34,434 bases of DNA from assembly GCA_001724265.1 (NCBI GenBank), contig MEDY01000329.1, positions 1-34,434 on the forward strand, read 5' to 3'. Below the pieces are notes generated by a model. That model was not told where the DNA came from. It did no database searches and worked only from the letters and a program-made list of their open reading frames with translations. This DNA comes from Rhizaria sp. SCN 62-66. Its lineage: Eukaryota. The first letter of the stretch is position 1, and each line of letters begins with the position of its first letter. The position numbers were made by a program, and so were the translations under genes. This document shows, one piece after another, positions 23,201-33,487 of this stretch.

Positions 23201-26001
23201 GCCTTGCGACCGCTCTTGCCGTTGAAGCCGCTCGTAGTCGCATCAGCGGCTGCGGCCGTCGTCACGGGCTGCTGAGCAGAGTGCGCGGAGTCCGGACGGC
23301 GGCCGCGCTTGGCGCCCTTGGTGGCACGCCGATGCGACGGGACACCGGCGTTGCCGCTCTGCTTCTGCTCCTGCTCCTGCTCCTGCTCCTGCTCGAACGA
23401 CACGACAGAGCTCGAGCTAGAGCATGTGTTAGTGCTCTTGTTGATGCTGCTTTGGGAACTCGCAGTCGCAGCGGGCACGTAGGGCGCCTTGAGCTTGCTG
23501 ACAGTCTTGTTGCACAGCATCTGGTGCCGGCGGGCGCCCCAGCGCAGCAGCGCCTGGCCCCAGACCGCCTTGACCCACGCCTCCCGCTGCAGCCCCTCGC
23601 TGCGCAACCGCGCGACGACGGCGGCGCGCGTGCCCGCGTTGCGTGTGAGCACGAGCGCCTCGCTGTCGACGCACTGCTGCAGCTCGAGCGCCGCCGCGTC
23701 ATGGCCCAACCCGCCCGCGGCCGCCGCCACGCACTGCGCCGCGCACGCCGCCACGGCCTCGGCGATGCGGCCGCGGTGCTCCCGGTCGCTGCGTTCGAGC
23801 TCGGCGGCCAGAGCGGCCACCACGTCGCCGCGCGCGCGCAGCAGCGCCGTCACCGAGGCCTGGTGTTGCGCCAGCTCAGCGCTGCCGCCCGCCCACGCGG
23901 CGTCGACCCGCTGCGCGTGGATTAAGTTAAGCCGCGCCGCCGTCTCAGCCTCGTCGGCGAGCGCGGCGGCGGCGGCGCGGGCCGCGGCGGCCAGCTCGCG
24001 CTGACGCTGCTTCGCCGTCTCAACCGCGGCGGCAAGAGCAAGCTTCGCCGAGGCCAGGGCGGCGGTCGCAGCGGCCACGGCGGGGGTCGGCTGTTGCTGC
24101 TGCTGCTGCTGCGCCGCGTCAAGGGCGCCGGCGTTGGCATTGTTGCGCTTCGAAAGCGTGCCGCGATGGGAGCTGCTGCTGTTGTTGTTAATGCTGTAGG
24201 TGCCTGAGGTAGGGGTGGCCGCCGCGGACGCGGGGGAGCCGAGGCGGGTGGACGCGGACCGGGACGACGGACGCTGCGCCGACGCGTTACCAGCGTTCAA
24301 ACTCGCATTCGAGTCGGACTCTGCGATGGCGAGGGCCAGCGACGCAGCCTCCTCGGTCGTCGTTGCCGCCTTGACCTGCTCCTGGGCCTCGGCCAGCGCG
24401 GCAGCCGCGGAGGCCTTTTCCTGCTCGAACACGTCACTCAACCGAGGCGGCTTGACTTCCGCTGCGGCGTCTATGGCAGCCTGGTCCACCGCGCCCAGGT
24501 CGTGCAGCTTGGCCGCGATGGCCGCGTCCGCGCCGTGCAGCGCCGTCCGGGCCGCGTAGAGCGCCGCGGTGGCGGCGTCGCCGGCGAGCCGCGCGGAGGA
24601 GAGGATGGCGCTGCGGGCGGCGGCCACGGCGGCGGACTGCGCCAAAGAGCGACGGGCAGCGAGAGAAGACAAACGGGGGGAAAAGGCCGGGGCGGAGTCT
24701 AATGGGGTCGAGAACAAGGCACTTAGCTCACGGTCGGCTTCAGCAGCCACTGCGTCCTCATCATCATCGTCATCATCGCCATAATTGTAGCTGTTGTTGA
24801 TTGCGTTGTTGCCTGTGATAGACAGCTTATCAAACACATCGACAACATTCACGTTCCGAACACCAGAGCCAGAGCCAGAGCCTGAGCCAACACTCGCAAT
24901 CGCAGAAAAGCCAGAGCTGGCGCTGGCGCAAACGCTGGGCATGTGGGTGTGCGACTGGTCCACGGGGTCGTCCGGCAGCTGCGAGACCAGCGCGGCGTCG
25001 TCGCGGCGGCTGCCCATGCTGCCCAGAATCGGCGGCGGCCCCGTGGGCGGGACAAGCCCCAGGGACAGCAGCAGCGCGCGCGCGCGTGCCTTGAGCGAGG
25101 CACGCGACGCGGCGACGCGTAGAGCGGCGGCCGAGGCGACCGCGTTGTCGTAGTCGTCGTCGCCGTCGTTGTTATTGGGGTCACTGGGGAAACCGCTGCT
25201 GCTGCTCGTGACAGTCAGCGCTGAGCGGGGCGCTGAAATGCTGCGGCTAGAGTCTGCGTCAGCGTTATCGATGGCACTGCTGCTACTGCTGCTGCTGCTA
25301 AGACTGGCCAGCGTGGACGGGTAAAGTGCGGCGTGGAGCAGGTCGTGGAACCCGCTCACAGTTACGGAGCTCGTGTCGAGCTTGAAAGCCGAGGCGTCGG
25401 ACGCGACTGACGCGGCGGCCGAGGAGGACGTGCTGACTACCGCGCCCACGCCACCCCCGCCGCGCCCGCTGAAACCCGGGCCGTGGTGCTGCTGTTGCTG
25501 TGCGGTGACGGCGGAGGCAGCAGCGCGCGTGGCGGGCTCGAGCGGCGTCGCCTCGTCCCCGCGCGCCTGGGCCGTAGCGAGCGCGCGGACAGCGGCCTCG
25601 GTCTTGAGGCGCGCGTACGGCACCCAACCGTCGGCGGTAGCCAACGTGGCGATCAGCTGCGCCGCCTTGGTCGCCCACTGCTGCGGGGTCACGGAGGGCG
25701 TGCACTGCGACGCGGCGACAGGCTGATGCTGTTGCTGCTGCTGCTGGGCGCTCGCACCAACGTCCGTGCTGGTGCTGTTGCTGCTGGTGGCGGCTGCGGC
25801 GGAGGAGCGGAGCGCGGTGGTGGCGAGCGCGGCGGACATGGTCGTGGCGAGCTTGGTAGCGTGCAGTGGGTTAAGCGCCACCGATGAAGGCGGCAGCGCG
25901 CTCAGCACAACGGGGGGGCGCGGCGGCGCGGCGGGGGAGCCCGGGGCGCGCGGCTTAGAGGTCGCGGGGGCCGCGGGGGAGGGCGAACCGGCGCGGCTCA
26001 T
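3060..26001 (-). CDS. CCDC180: Giant CCDC180/CFAP76-like (DUF4455 + DUF4456) flagellar protein; exons 26001-20113, 19953-10508, 10359-3060; in-frame TAG at 4773-4775; 7,544 aa if TAG is sense, 6,973 aa if it is a stop
   Basis: Four consecutive same-strand ORFs are joined in frame by two AT-rich GT-AG introns and one TAG. Conserved islands were recognised from memory of the family. N-terminal: LERSDREHR..EALVLTRNAGTRAAVVARL..LQREAWVKAVWGQALLRW (about 23920-23510, DUF4455-like). Internal: FERHRE..HRRPLGPAL..EAEAAR (about 5690-5330, DUF4456-like). C-terminal: RAIVTHRDRAYGSF..EEEEMGLLWSLEIKQL. ATG at 26001-25999, TAA at 3062-3060. Confidence 0.72.
4773..4775 (-). other. In-frame TAG inside coding sequence (putative sense codon)
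   Basis: Context gcc agc gcc agc TAG ggc gcc aac gcg cag. The frame continues for 570 more sense codons to TAA at 3060, with the same GC-rich Ala/Ser/Gly codon style on both sides and no AT-rich intron. Confidence 0.85.
10360..10507 (-). other. Spliceosomal intron 2 of the CCDC180-like gene, 148 nt, phase 2
   Basis: Donor GC|GTACGT, AT-rich body, pyrimidine tract ..cttgcttcacctcccccAG|T. Splicing gives GCT and joins the two ORFs in frame (RSAA-GKASGSS). Confidence 0.88.
19954..20112 (-). other. Spliceosomal intron 1 of the CCDC180-like gene, 159 nt, phase 0
   Basis: Donor CAG|GTACGG, AT-rich body, acceptor ..tttcatactccttAG|GGC. Splicing joins KQLIQ to GNASDALAAID in frame. Confidence 0.9.
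23365..23394. repeat. (CTGCTC)5 hexamer encoding an EQEQEQ dipeptide repeat on the - strand
   Basis: Read directly from the sequence. Confidence 0.85.
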
Positions 26002-26841
26002 GCTGGAGAGGGCGCTGTAGGGACGCAGAGGCTTGTACCGGGCGGTGCTGTGCGGTGCAGGGCAGAGCGGAGCGAAAGGGGAGCTGCCAAGAAAGGTTGG
26101 GGTCTGAGGCAGGGCTTGCTACGGGTTCTAAATCGGTTTGGAGGAAAGCTAGTGCGTACACGATAGAAATTGTGCGGGATAATGTTATAGTGAGGCGGTA
26201 GTCCGAGAAAGTACGGTTACAGTGAACTAAATGACATAAGAGTGAGCGGAAGTGAACACAATCGGTTTCTGTAGAGGGCCACTGGGTTCTCGTGGCCATG
26301 GAGGAACATAGTAACTGGGAGATTCAAAAATTAAACTGCAGTAAATTTCGCGTGTGTAATATCTATGAAACCCATCTGTTCGCTACTTGATGATCAATCG
26401 AGGATGATTTTCGATGCAGAATCATCCTTAGTTTGAAATGTAGCTCGAGATGGGCCAGTTCGCAAAAAATCGGGCCGATTCTCGAGAAGAAGAGAGAGGA
26501 GCTCTCTCTCTCGAAGATATGAAATGTTGGTGGTTTGCGCCCTTGAAGTCCGAGAGTTTGGCTGCTTTTTCAATGCTAGCGCTTATCAGTATGATATTAT
26601 TTTCTACGTGTATTTGATATCCGCTCAATGCTACTTTGGGTGTGACCAGCTGCAAAAGAAGATTCCAAAAATCTACTTGAAGAGACTAAATAAGTAGACC
26701 TCTATCTCGCTACTAAAACGTTTGTACTCGCATAATAATGTTTAAGATATAGCCTCACCAGTACTGTTCATATTCTTTTTCACTAATTTTATCTGCGCTT
26801 GTAGCGGTTTCGTTGTACACTCGCCTTACATTGAAGGTGGA
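26002..26841. promoter_or_regulatory. Divergent (head-to-head) intergenic region, presumed promoters and 5' UTRs of both central genes
   Basis: About 0.85-0.95 kb of lower-GC spacer between oppositely oriented start codons. No specific core motif was identified. Confidence 0.5.
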
Positions 26842-26967
26842 ATGGCCCGGCCACCAGGCAAGTCTGTCTAGTTCCCTTTCTCAGATTCTCTACGAGCTGC
26901 ATACTCACTCCAAAAACCCGTCCACGTGTCCGTACTCCCCGTCGGTTCCATATCCGCCACCGAGGCG

Positions 26968-29900
26968 ATGTCCGATCAACCCTCACTTGGTTGCGGGCCC
27001 GTTTCGGCGTCCCACTTCCCCTCTGCAACGGGCGCGCGTGCAGGCATCCAATCCCCACTCTCCTCCACTGCCGCTGCTGTCTCCACTGCAACCGTGGGCC
27101 CGCTGCCCCTGTTTGCGGCGAAATTGCCCGCGCAGCCTTCCCGGCCGCTGCTCTCCGCGTCCGACTCGTGTGGGCCTTCTGACTACTCGAGCGCCACCAC
27201 GTCTCCCATGCTGCGCCCCTTTCACACCAACATCAGCATCAGCGGCGGCGGTGGCGGCGGCGGCGGCGGCGGCAACGGTCACAGCAGTCTCGGCCATATG
27301 TCATCGACAGGCGGCGGCTCGAGCCTCAACACCAACAGTCTCGGCGCCTATATAGCAATCGCCAACAGTTCGAGCTCCTTCGCTGCACCCGCCTTCACAC
27401 ACTGCAACAACAGCAGCAACATCAACGGCTCTGCTTGCCCCAGCACGCTCTCCAGCGGCTTCGCCTCGCCAGTGGCTGCGGCCGGCGCTATTACAACGAC
27501 GGTGACGACGCCATTTACATTCCCGCCGCCGCCGCGCCCTCCCAACCCTTCTAGCACCAGCGGCATTCGTCTCGGCTCTGGCGCTAGTTCTGGCTCTGGC
27601 TTGGCTGCTGAGGTTGTGCCGCTGCCGCTGCCGCAGCGGACAGCGTCTTCGCTGCAGCGGCTGCCGAAGCAGAACGTTGCCAGCAGCGCCGCCAACACGG
27701 CCGCCGACGCCGACGCCGACGCTGACGCTGAGGCAGAAGCAGAAGCAGAAGCAATGGCAAAGGCAGGCTCAGTGACTAAGAAGTCGAGGCTGAGGGCAAA
27801 GGCGGCGGATGGCGACGACAGCGTCACTGGCAGCGACTACGACAACTCGCCCGCGCTCATGCCCACTGTGATCTATGCCCGTATAAACACTGGTAACGTG
27901 GTGAACGACCGCGGCCGCAGCCGTCCTGGCGGTGGCACCAGCCACAGCAGCAGCGCCTGGGCCTTGAGACAGCACAGACAGCAGCCGCGCGAATTGAGGC
28001 AGTCGCGGTCACGCCCACGGTCACGGTCGCAATCGCGCTCGCGGCGGCACAAAAGCGGCAACGCGGGCAACGACGGCCACATTCAACTGCCGCATTTACA
28101 GCCGCAGCAGCAGCAGCAGCAGGTAGCGCGAGAGCGTCAGTCGGCGCAGCCCCACCGCCACCGCGGCCACGGCGCAAGGCATGGTGGCGATGTTGTGTCT
28201 AGCGGCAGCAAGAACGCATCCGCCGCTCACGACAACGGCGACAAAGATGACGACGACGACTACGATGCCGAGAGCAGCAGCGGGGGGGTGTTGCCGTCGG
28301 AGTTGGCGAAAGCGCTGTCGCGGACTTACTCGAACGTGTCGACGCGCAGTTCAAGAGCTGACGAGTTTGCAGCACTTGCGAGCAGTAACAACATCAACAA
28401 CAACAATATTAACGGCACGTTCAACGACAACAGCGACGACAGCAACGGCGACGACGATTGTGACAGTGACCGCTTTGTCTCGGCTTATCTCGGCAATAAG
28501 AGCAAAGCTCTCGGCGTCCACACCGCTGGTGTCGGCAATGCGTACACTTGCGGTGTCAACGTGAGTGTAAGCGCGAACGGTCCCGGCCACGGTGGCCGGA
28601 AGCAGTGGAGTCAGAGGCGTGATCTCAGGCAGCAGCAGCTGCAGCAGCAACAGGACCCTCAAAGTTATGCCGCCTCGGGCTCCGCTGTGAAGAGTCAAGC
28701 CGTGACTTACTGCACGTGTCCCCTCCCCGTCCACGGTCGCAGCCGCCGGCAAAGTCACAGTCACCGTCATAGCGGTCATGGCCACGGCCAGGATGCGCCT
28801 TGCGAGCCAACAGCAGTGATGCATGACGACGACGATGACACGAACAACAAGCCCTCCCATAACGCTGTTGGGGCCAACGTCTCTGTGCCGTCGCCATTAT
28901 TCTCGTCGTAGACTCGCACCGGCCTCAACGCTCGGAACGACTGCGACAGCAACAGCAACAGCAACGGCTACAGTAACGACTACACCAGCACTGTTGTTGA
29001 CTGCCGCATCTGTGGTGGCGCCATTATCATGCTTCCCAATAAGAAGCGCGGCGACGATAGCGTCAACGGCACTCATAGCGCGAATCGACGTGGCCGCAAC
29101 CGTGTCCGCGACAGTAATGCTGCTGCTACTGCCGCTGCTGCTGCTGACCACTCCAGCATCAGTGACGCGAACCTCAACAGCAGCAACAGCTTCGGCGACA
29201 GCTGCGAGTTTGACAGCTGCAGAAGTTACTGCAGCTGCTATACGCACAGCAGCTGTGCCAGCGACTGTCTCAGTGACGCGACGAGCAGTGGCGGCGACGA
29301 CGACACCAGACAAACCAACCCTGCCAGTCACAACAACATCTTGCAACAACAGCAACAACAACAGCAGCAGCGGCGCCGGCACAGACACCTGCGCCGGCCC
29401 CAACTGAGCCCGCAGGAGCTGGAGTCCCTCCTCAAAGAGCCTCTCGCGCCGCGGACGTCTTCACGGTCCCAACAGCAACAGCAGCAGCGGCAGCGGCTCG
29501 CGAGGCCGGCGCATCCCCCGCCCCCCAACACGCCTCGGCGCGGCGCGGGGGGCGCGCGGTCTGTCGCGGCGGCGGCAGCGGCGGCGGCAGGTGGCGGCGG
29601 CGGCTCTGCGCCGGCGTCGGCCCCGTGCTCGGCGCTGAACTCGTCCTCAGACAACGTCGCAGTCGCGGATAATAACCACGAACTCGACCACGACAACGAC
29701 TTCGACAGCCATCGCGTCAGTGGTCTTCAGAGTGGCACTGCGGCTACTGGTGGAGCTGGGGACGCGATGGCTGTAAACGCTGCAGCTGTCGGTGGCAATA
29801 TAAGTGATATGAACGATATCGGCACCGCTGGCCCAGGTCTAAGTACCTCTGGCGCTGGTCTAAGTAGGCCGGCGACGGTGTGCTCTAAGGGTGGCGTTTA

Positions 29901-32676
29901 CTTACACTTACACCAAGCAACGGCCACAAGCAACGGCAGCGCAAGTGGGATTGCCGACAACAACTCCGGCAGTTACATTCTCCAGCACCAACAGCCGTCG
30001 CCGTCGCAGTTCGCGCCGCCGCGGCCGCTGTCCCAGGCGCAGTCTCGCGCCGTAAGCGCGGCGGGCGATAGCGCCAACGGGAACATGCTGCTGTTGCCGG
30101 CAACGGGCAACGGTGGCGGCGTTGGCGTTGGTCCTGCTGTGTTGGCCAGCAACACGGCTGGCCGCAGCCGCAGCATTTCGGAGTGCTTGCCGTCGCACCC
30201 GTCTCTTGCCACCAATGCAAGCAACAATACTGCAAATACGAGCAGCAGCTACCAACATTAGCAGCAACTGCTGCAGCCGCAGTTGCTGTCGCTCAGTAGC
30301 AGCATTTCCCACTTTCTGCCGCAAAACTTCATTCAGTCTCTGATGCGCCCGTCGCCACCTCTGCTACCGCCCCAGCAACAACAGCAGCAGCAGCAGCAAC
30401 TGATTGCTGCGGCTGCTCTCGCGGCCACACCGTCGCGGTCACCGGGTCTGACACTCCATAGTAAAGAGGCGGGCGGCCCTGTTTCAGTGCGCGGAAAACG
30501 GCCGGCTGTTGACACGTTCAGCGCCAGCATGAAAGCCGCTGCCAACGGTACGCTGCCACTGGCGAAACCGTGCTCACGCCGCAACAACAGCGACCACAGC
30601 CGCTCTGCTGCTGCTGCAGCTACGTCGAGCGGTGTGAATGCGCTTAAGAGCGCGCGTGCGAAGGCTGCAGCAGGCAAACGAGGCGACATGTTTGACAGCG
30701 ACGACGACGACGGCGGCGGCGCCGGTGATCGGCGGAGCTGCAGCGGCAGTGGCAGCGACAGCGGCGCCGCCAGCGGCGCCGCCAGTATAAGCGGCAACAC
30801 CGAGGACGACGACGATGACAACTGCGACGATAGCAGTCTCAACTGCAACAGCACAAGCAGGAACAATAAGTACACTGCTGCTGGCGGCGGCGAGCGCACC
30901 GCGAATGGTCGTGCGTGTGCTTGTGGTAAAGATGGCACCGAAAACCGCCGCGGCAATGCCAACAGCGGTAAGAGCAGCTTCGGCACCCACAGCAGCGACG
31001 ACAACAGCTGCTGCAGTCACTGTGAAAGCGACACGTACAGTCGCACCGCTTTCCCGCGCAGCCACGCTCGCAGCGGCAGCGGCTCCACCAGTGACAGCGA
31101 CAGTGACGACTTGGCTGACGGCGGCGACGACGACGTGTGCCTGCTGTTGGCTCAGCCCTGCTGCCCTCGCTGCTGCCCCGCCGCTGCCGCCGCGATCGCG
31201 AAGTTGGATACCAACGGCAGCTACGGTACCAACAGTACTAGTATCAATCCCAATCCTGGTGGTGTCATCGCGGGTGCTGCCGCCGCGAGATCTGGGTTGT
31301 TGTCGTCGTCCGCGTCTGCGTCCGCGTCCCCGGCGCTGCAGCTGTCGCTCTCTGCCGTGTCCTCGTCCTCGTCCTCGTCAAATTCCCCCGTGTTCCAATG
31401 GCAACATCAGCAGCAGCAACAGCAGCAACAACAACAGTTTGTGATGTCTCTCGTGCATAGCGCCAGTGGCGGCAATAGCAACCCCGCTAACAGCTCGAGC
31501 GCCGTTAGCTCGGGCGCCGCGAACGCTGTGGACCTGGCGAACGACAACATCAGTGTTGCTGCTGCGAGCGCGCCTGTAATCACGCTGACTGCGGTCGCGC
31601 CCCTGAGACGGCCGCCGCTGCTCTGTGCGCACGGCCACTTGGCTGCCGCTGCGGCTCATAACCACGGTCACTGTCATAGTCATAACCACGTCCAGCAGCA
31701 GCAGCAACTTGAGGGCCTTTGTGTCCACTCGCAGCAACAACAACAACAGCAGCAGCAGCAGCAGCAGAGTCAACAGCAGAGGCAGCGGCAGATGCACTTG
31801 CGTGTGCGGAAACAAGCCCAATCGCCATCGTTGTCGTCATCATCATCACCATTGCGGCAACAGCAACAGATGCGGCAACAACGCAGCCACGTGGCCGTGA
31901 GCGCGCAGTCCCCTCATGGCAACACTTACTGCAGCGGGCACAGCAGCGGTCACGGCCGCAGTCACCGGCACCGGCGGCACATGGGTTCGCGCAGCAGTTC
32001 GAATGCATCGCCGGGCAACAGCGCTGGCACTAGCAACCGCCCTAGCAGCCCTCTCGGCGCTGCCACTAGCTACTACAGCAGCAGCGCCAACACTTACCGC
32101 CACGGTGGGAGCAATGCCCTCAGCCCACTGCATCGCCCGCGGCCGCCGCAGCCGCAGTCGACTCTCTCGAGTCCCAGGTACGTTCCTATAGTTGGATTGC
32201 AAAGAATAACATGTGTTTCCTCCGATTAAACCTTTGAAATGCGTCTAAAATTAATTAGATTATTGTCGTTGCTTTTTTTGCTCAACATTGAGTCTTGCAT
32301 TTTGCTCACTATTCTGACCGCTCGTCATTGCCACTTGTATTTGTGTGCCTAGGCCTGTGTGGGTGTGGTCACAGGTCTCCGTGTCGCCGTTCAAGCCGCT
32401 CGCAGCCGTCGCTCCCGCGTCCGCAGCAGCAGCAGTAGCGGCAGCCACGGCCACAGCGGCGGCGACAGCAGCAGGGGCAGCTGCAGCGACTGCAACTGGC
32501 CCTAGTTCAAGCGCTAGTTTGAACAACACGGTTGGCTCGATGCTCCCTCTGTCAACGGCAGTGTCGCAGTCACCGCCGACTCTTGCCCACAGTCACTCTG
32601 CGAACGCCCACGGTCACAGCTCGACTGGGTTGGAGCAGGAGCCAGTTGATTTGTTCAAGAAATGGCAACAGCGGCC

Positions 32677-32735
<59 letters not shown>

Positions 32736-32860
32736 GACAACAGCATAGCGCAGGTGCAAATGGCTGCTTTAGGGCTGGAAACGCGGCTGCAGCTGCAGCT
32801 TATGCTGCAGAGGCTGCCAATGCCGCGGCTGCCGCTGCTGCTGCCGTGAATAAGAACTAA
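26968..32860 (+). CDS. Large low-complexity Ser/Gln/Ala/Asn/His/Cys-rich protein of unknown function; exons 26968-32177 and 32353-32860; in-frame TAGs at 28909 and 30259; 1,905 aa if TAG is sense
   Basis: ORFs 26926-28911, 29029-30261 and 30283-32229 share one frame and are separated only by single TAG codons. One intron links them to ORF 32345-32860, which ends at TAA. The start is uncertain (ATG 26968, or ATG 26842 through a further TAG). No domain was recognised. Confidence 0.7.
27703..27753 (+). repeat. Hexamer repeats encoding ADADADAD-AEAEAEAE
   Basis: gccgacgccgacgccgacgctgacgctgaggcagaagcagaagcagaagca read directly. Confidence 0.8.
28909..28911 (+). other. In-frame TAG inside coding sequence (putative sense codon)
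   Basis: Context ttc tcg tcg TAG act cgc acc ggc ctc aac. It is followed by 39 typical sense codons (NDCDSNSNSNG..DCRICGGAII) before the next annotated ATG at 29029, in the same frame. Confidence 0.82.
30259..30261 (+). other. In-frame TAG within a Gln-rich run (putative Gln)
   Basis: tac caa cat TAG cag caa ctg ctg cag ccg cag = YQH*QQLLQPQ; the frame continues to the intron at 32178. Confidence 0.85.
32178..32352 (+). other. Spliceosomal intron, 175 nt, phase 2
   Basis: Donor AG|GTACGT, AT-rich body, CTGAC branch-like motif near 32314, acceptor ..gtgcctAG|G. Splicing restores AGG and the frame of the last exon (SPR-PVWVWSQV). Confidence 0.8.
32678..32734 (+). repeat. (CAG)16 CAA CAA CAG polyglutamine tract
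   Basis: Perfect CAG run 32678-32725 read directly; the tract encodes Q19. Confidence 0.95.
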
Positions 32861-33487
32861 TCAACAGTGTTGAAACACTCTCCGCGTAGTGGATTCGAAC
32901 ATTGAGGCCTTTATACTTGTTGTCGTTTTTCGCGTCTCAAGTAAATACGTATGTGGTTCACGATTTCTCTGTGTCTCTCATTTCAATTTGGTTTACCCTT
33001 GTGTCGGTGCATTGTATCCCTCCCCTTTTCTATTTTGTGTATATGTTCATCGTTTAGTCTTCTTTCGTGATGAGCCAACTCAATGTTGCGCATTGTGTCG
33101 TTCTTTTGTTATCCTCCCGTTTTTTTCCACCCTGATTCCTTAATTTAATTCTAACACCTGCCTGCACTTGTGTGCCCGCATGCCCTCGTCCTGCGACCTT
33201 TGTTGCTGTCGCTTTGTGTCGCTTTGCGCTACGTGTGTTACACATCTAAGTTGTACGAATATCTCAGCTCTACCTATTGAGACCAACTGCATCCCTTGCC
33301 ACACATATCCGGCTCGCTTCTTATCTGCTTCATCCATGCTGGATAAGAAACTTCATTATCACTTCGTATCTCAAAACCGTTGCATCTCTATAGCCCTTAT
33401 ATTAGAGCTGTAAATAATGTCAGTAGTCACGTATTTAAACATCATGTCATCTGGAATAATACATACGTACGATCTGATCTAATAACT

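Noticed and set aside
3072-26020. Many long + strand and alternate-frame ORFs overlapping the giant gene (up to 576 aa)
   Set aside because: These are shadow ORFs from GC-rich GCN/AGC codon bias. Their translations are antisense poly-Ala/Leu or Arg/Gly/Pro noise with no domain-like blocks.
26100-26190. Three in-frame TAGs upstream of the CCDC180-like ATG suggesting an N-terminal extension
   Set aside because: No in-frame ATG occurs before an upstream TAA and the composition is non-coding; treated as UTR/promoter.
26491-26509. AGAGAGAG-gag-CTCTCTCT hairpin in the divergent spacer
   Set aside because: An 8-bp dinucleotide-repeat stem with no supporting evidence of function.
32370-32374. Alternative acceptor CACAG
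   Set aside because: It is phase 0 and would put the last exon out of frame with the phase-2 donor at 32178; the AG at 32352 fits.
3060-32860. Pseudogene interpretation of the two central genes
   Set aside because: No frameshifts or TAA/TGA in about 28 kb, intact splice sites and a retained terminal block. It is not formally excluded without expression data.
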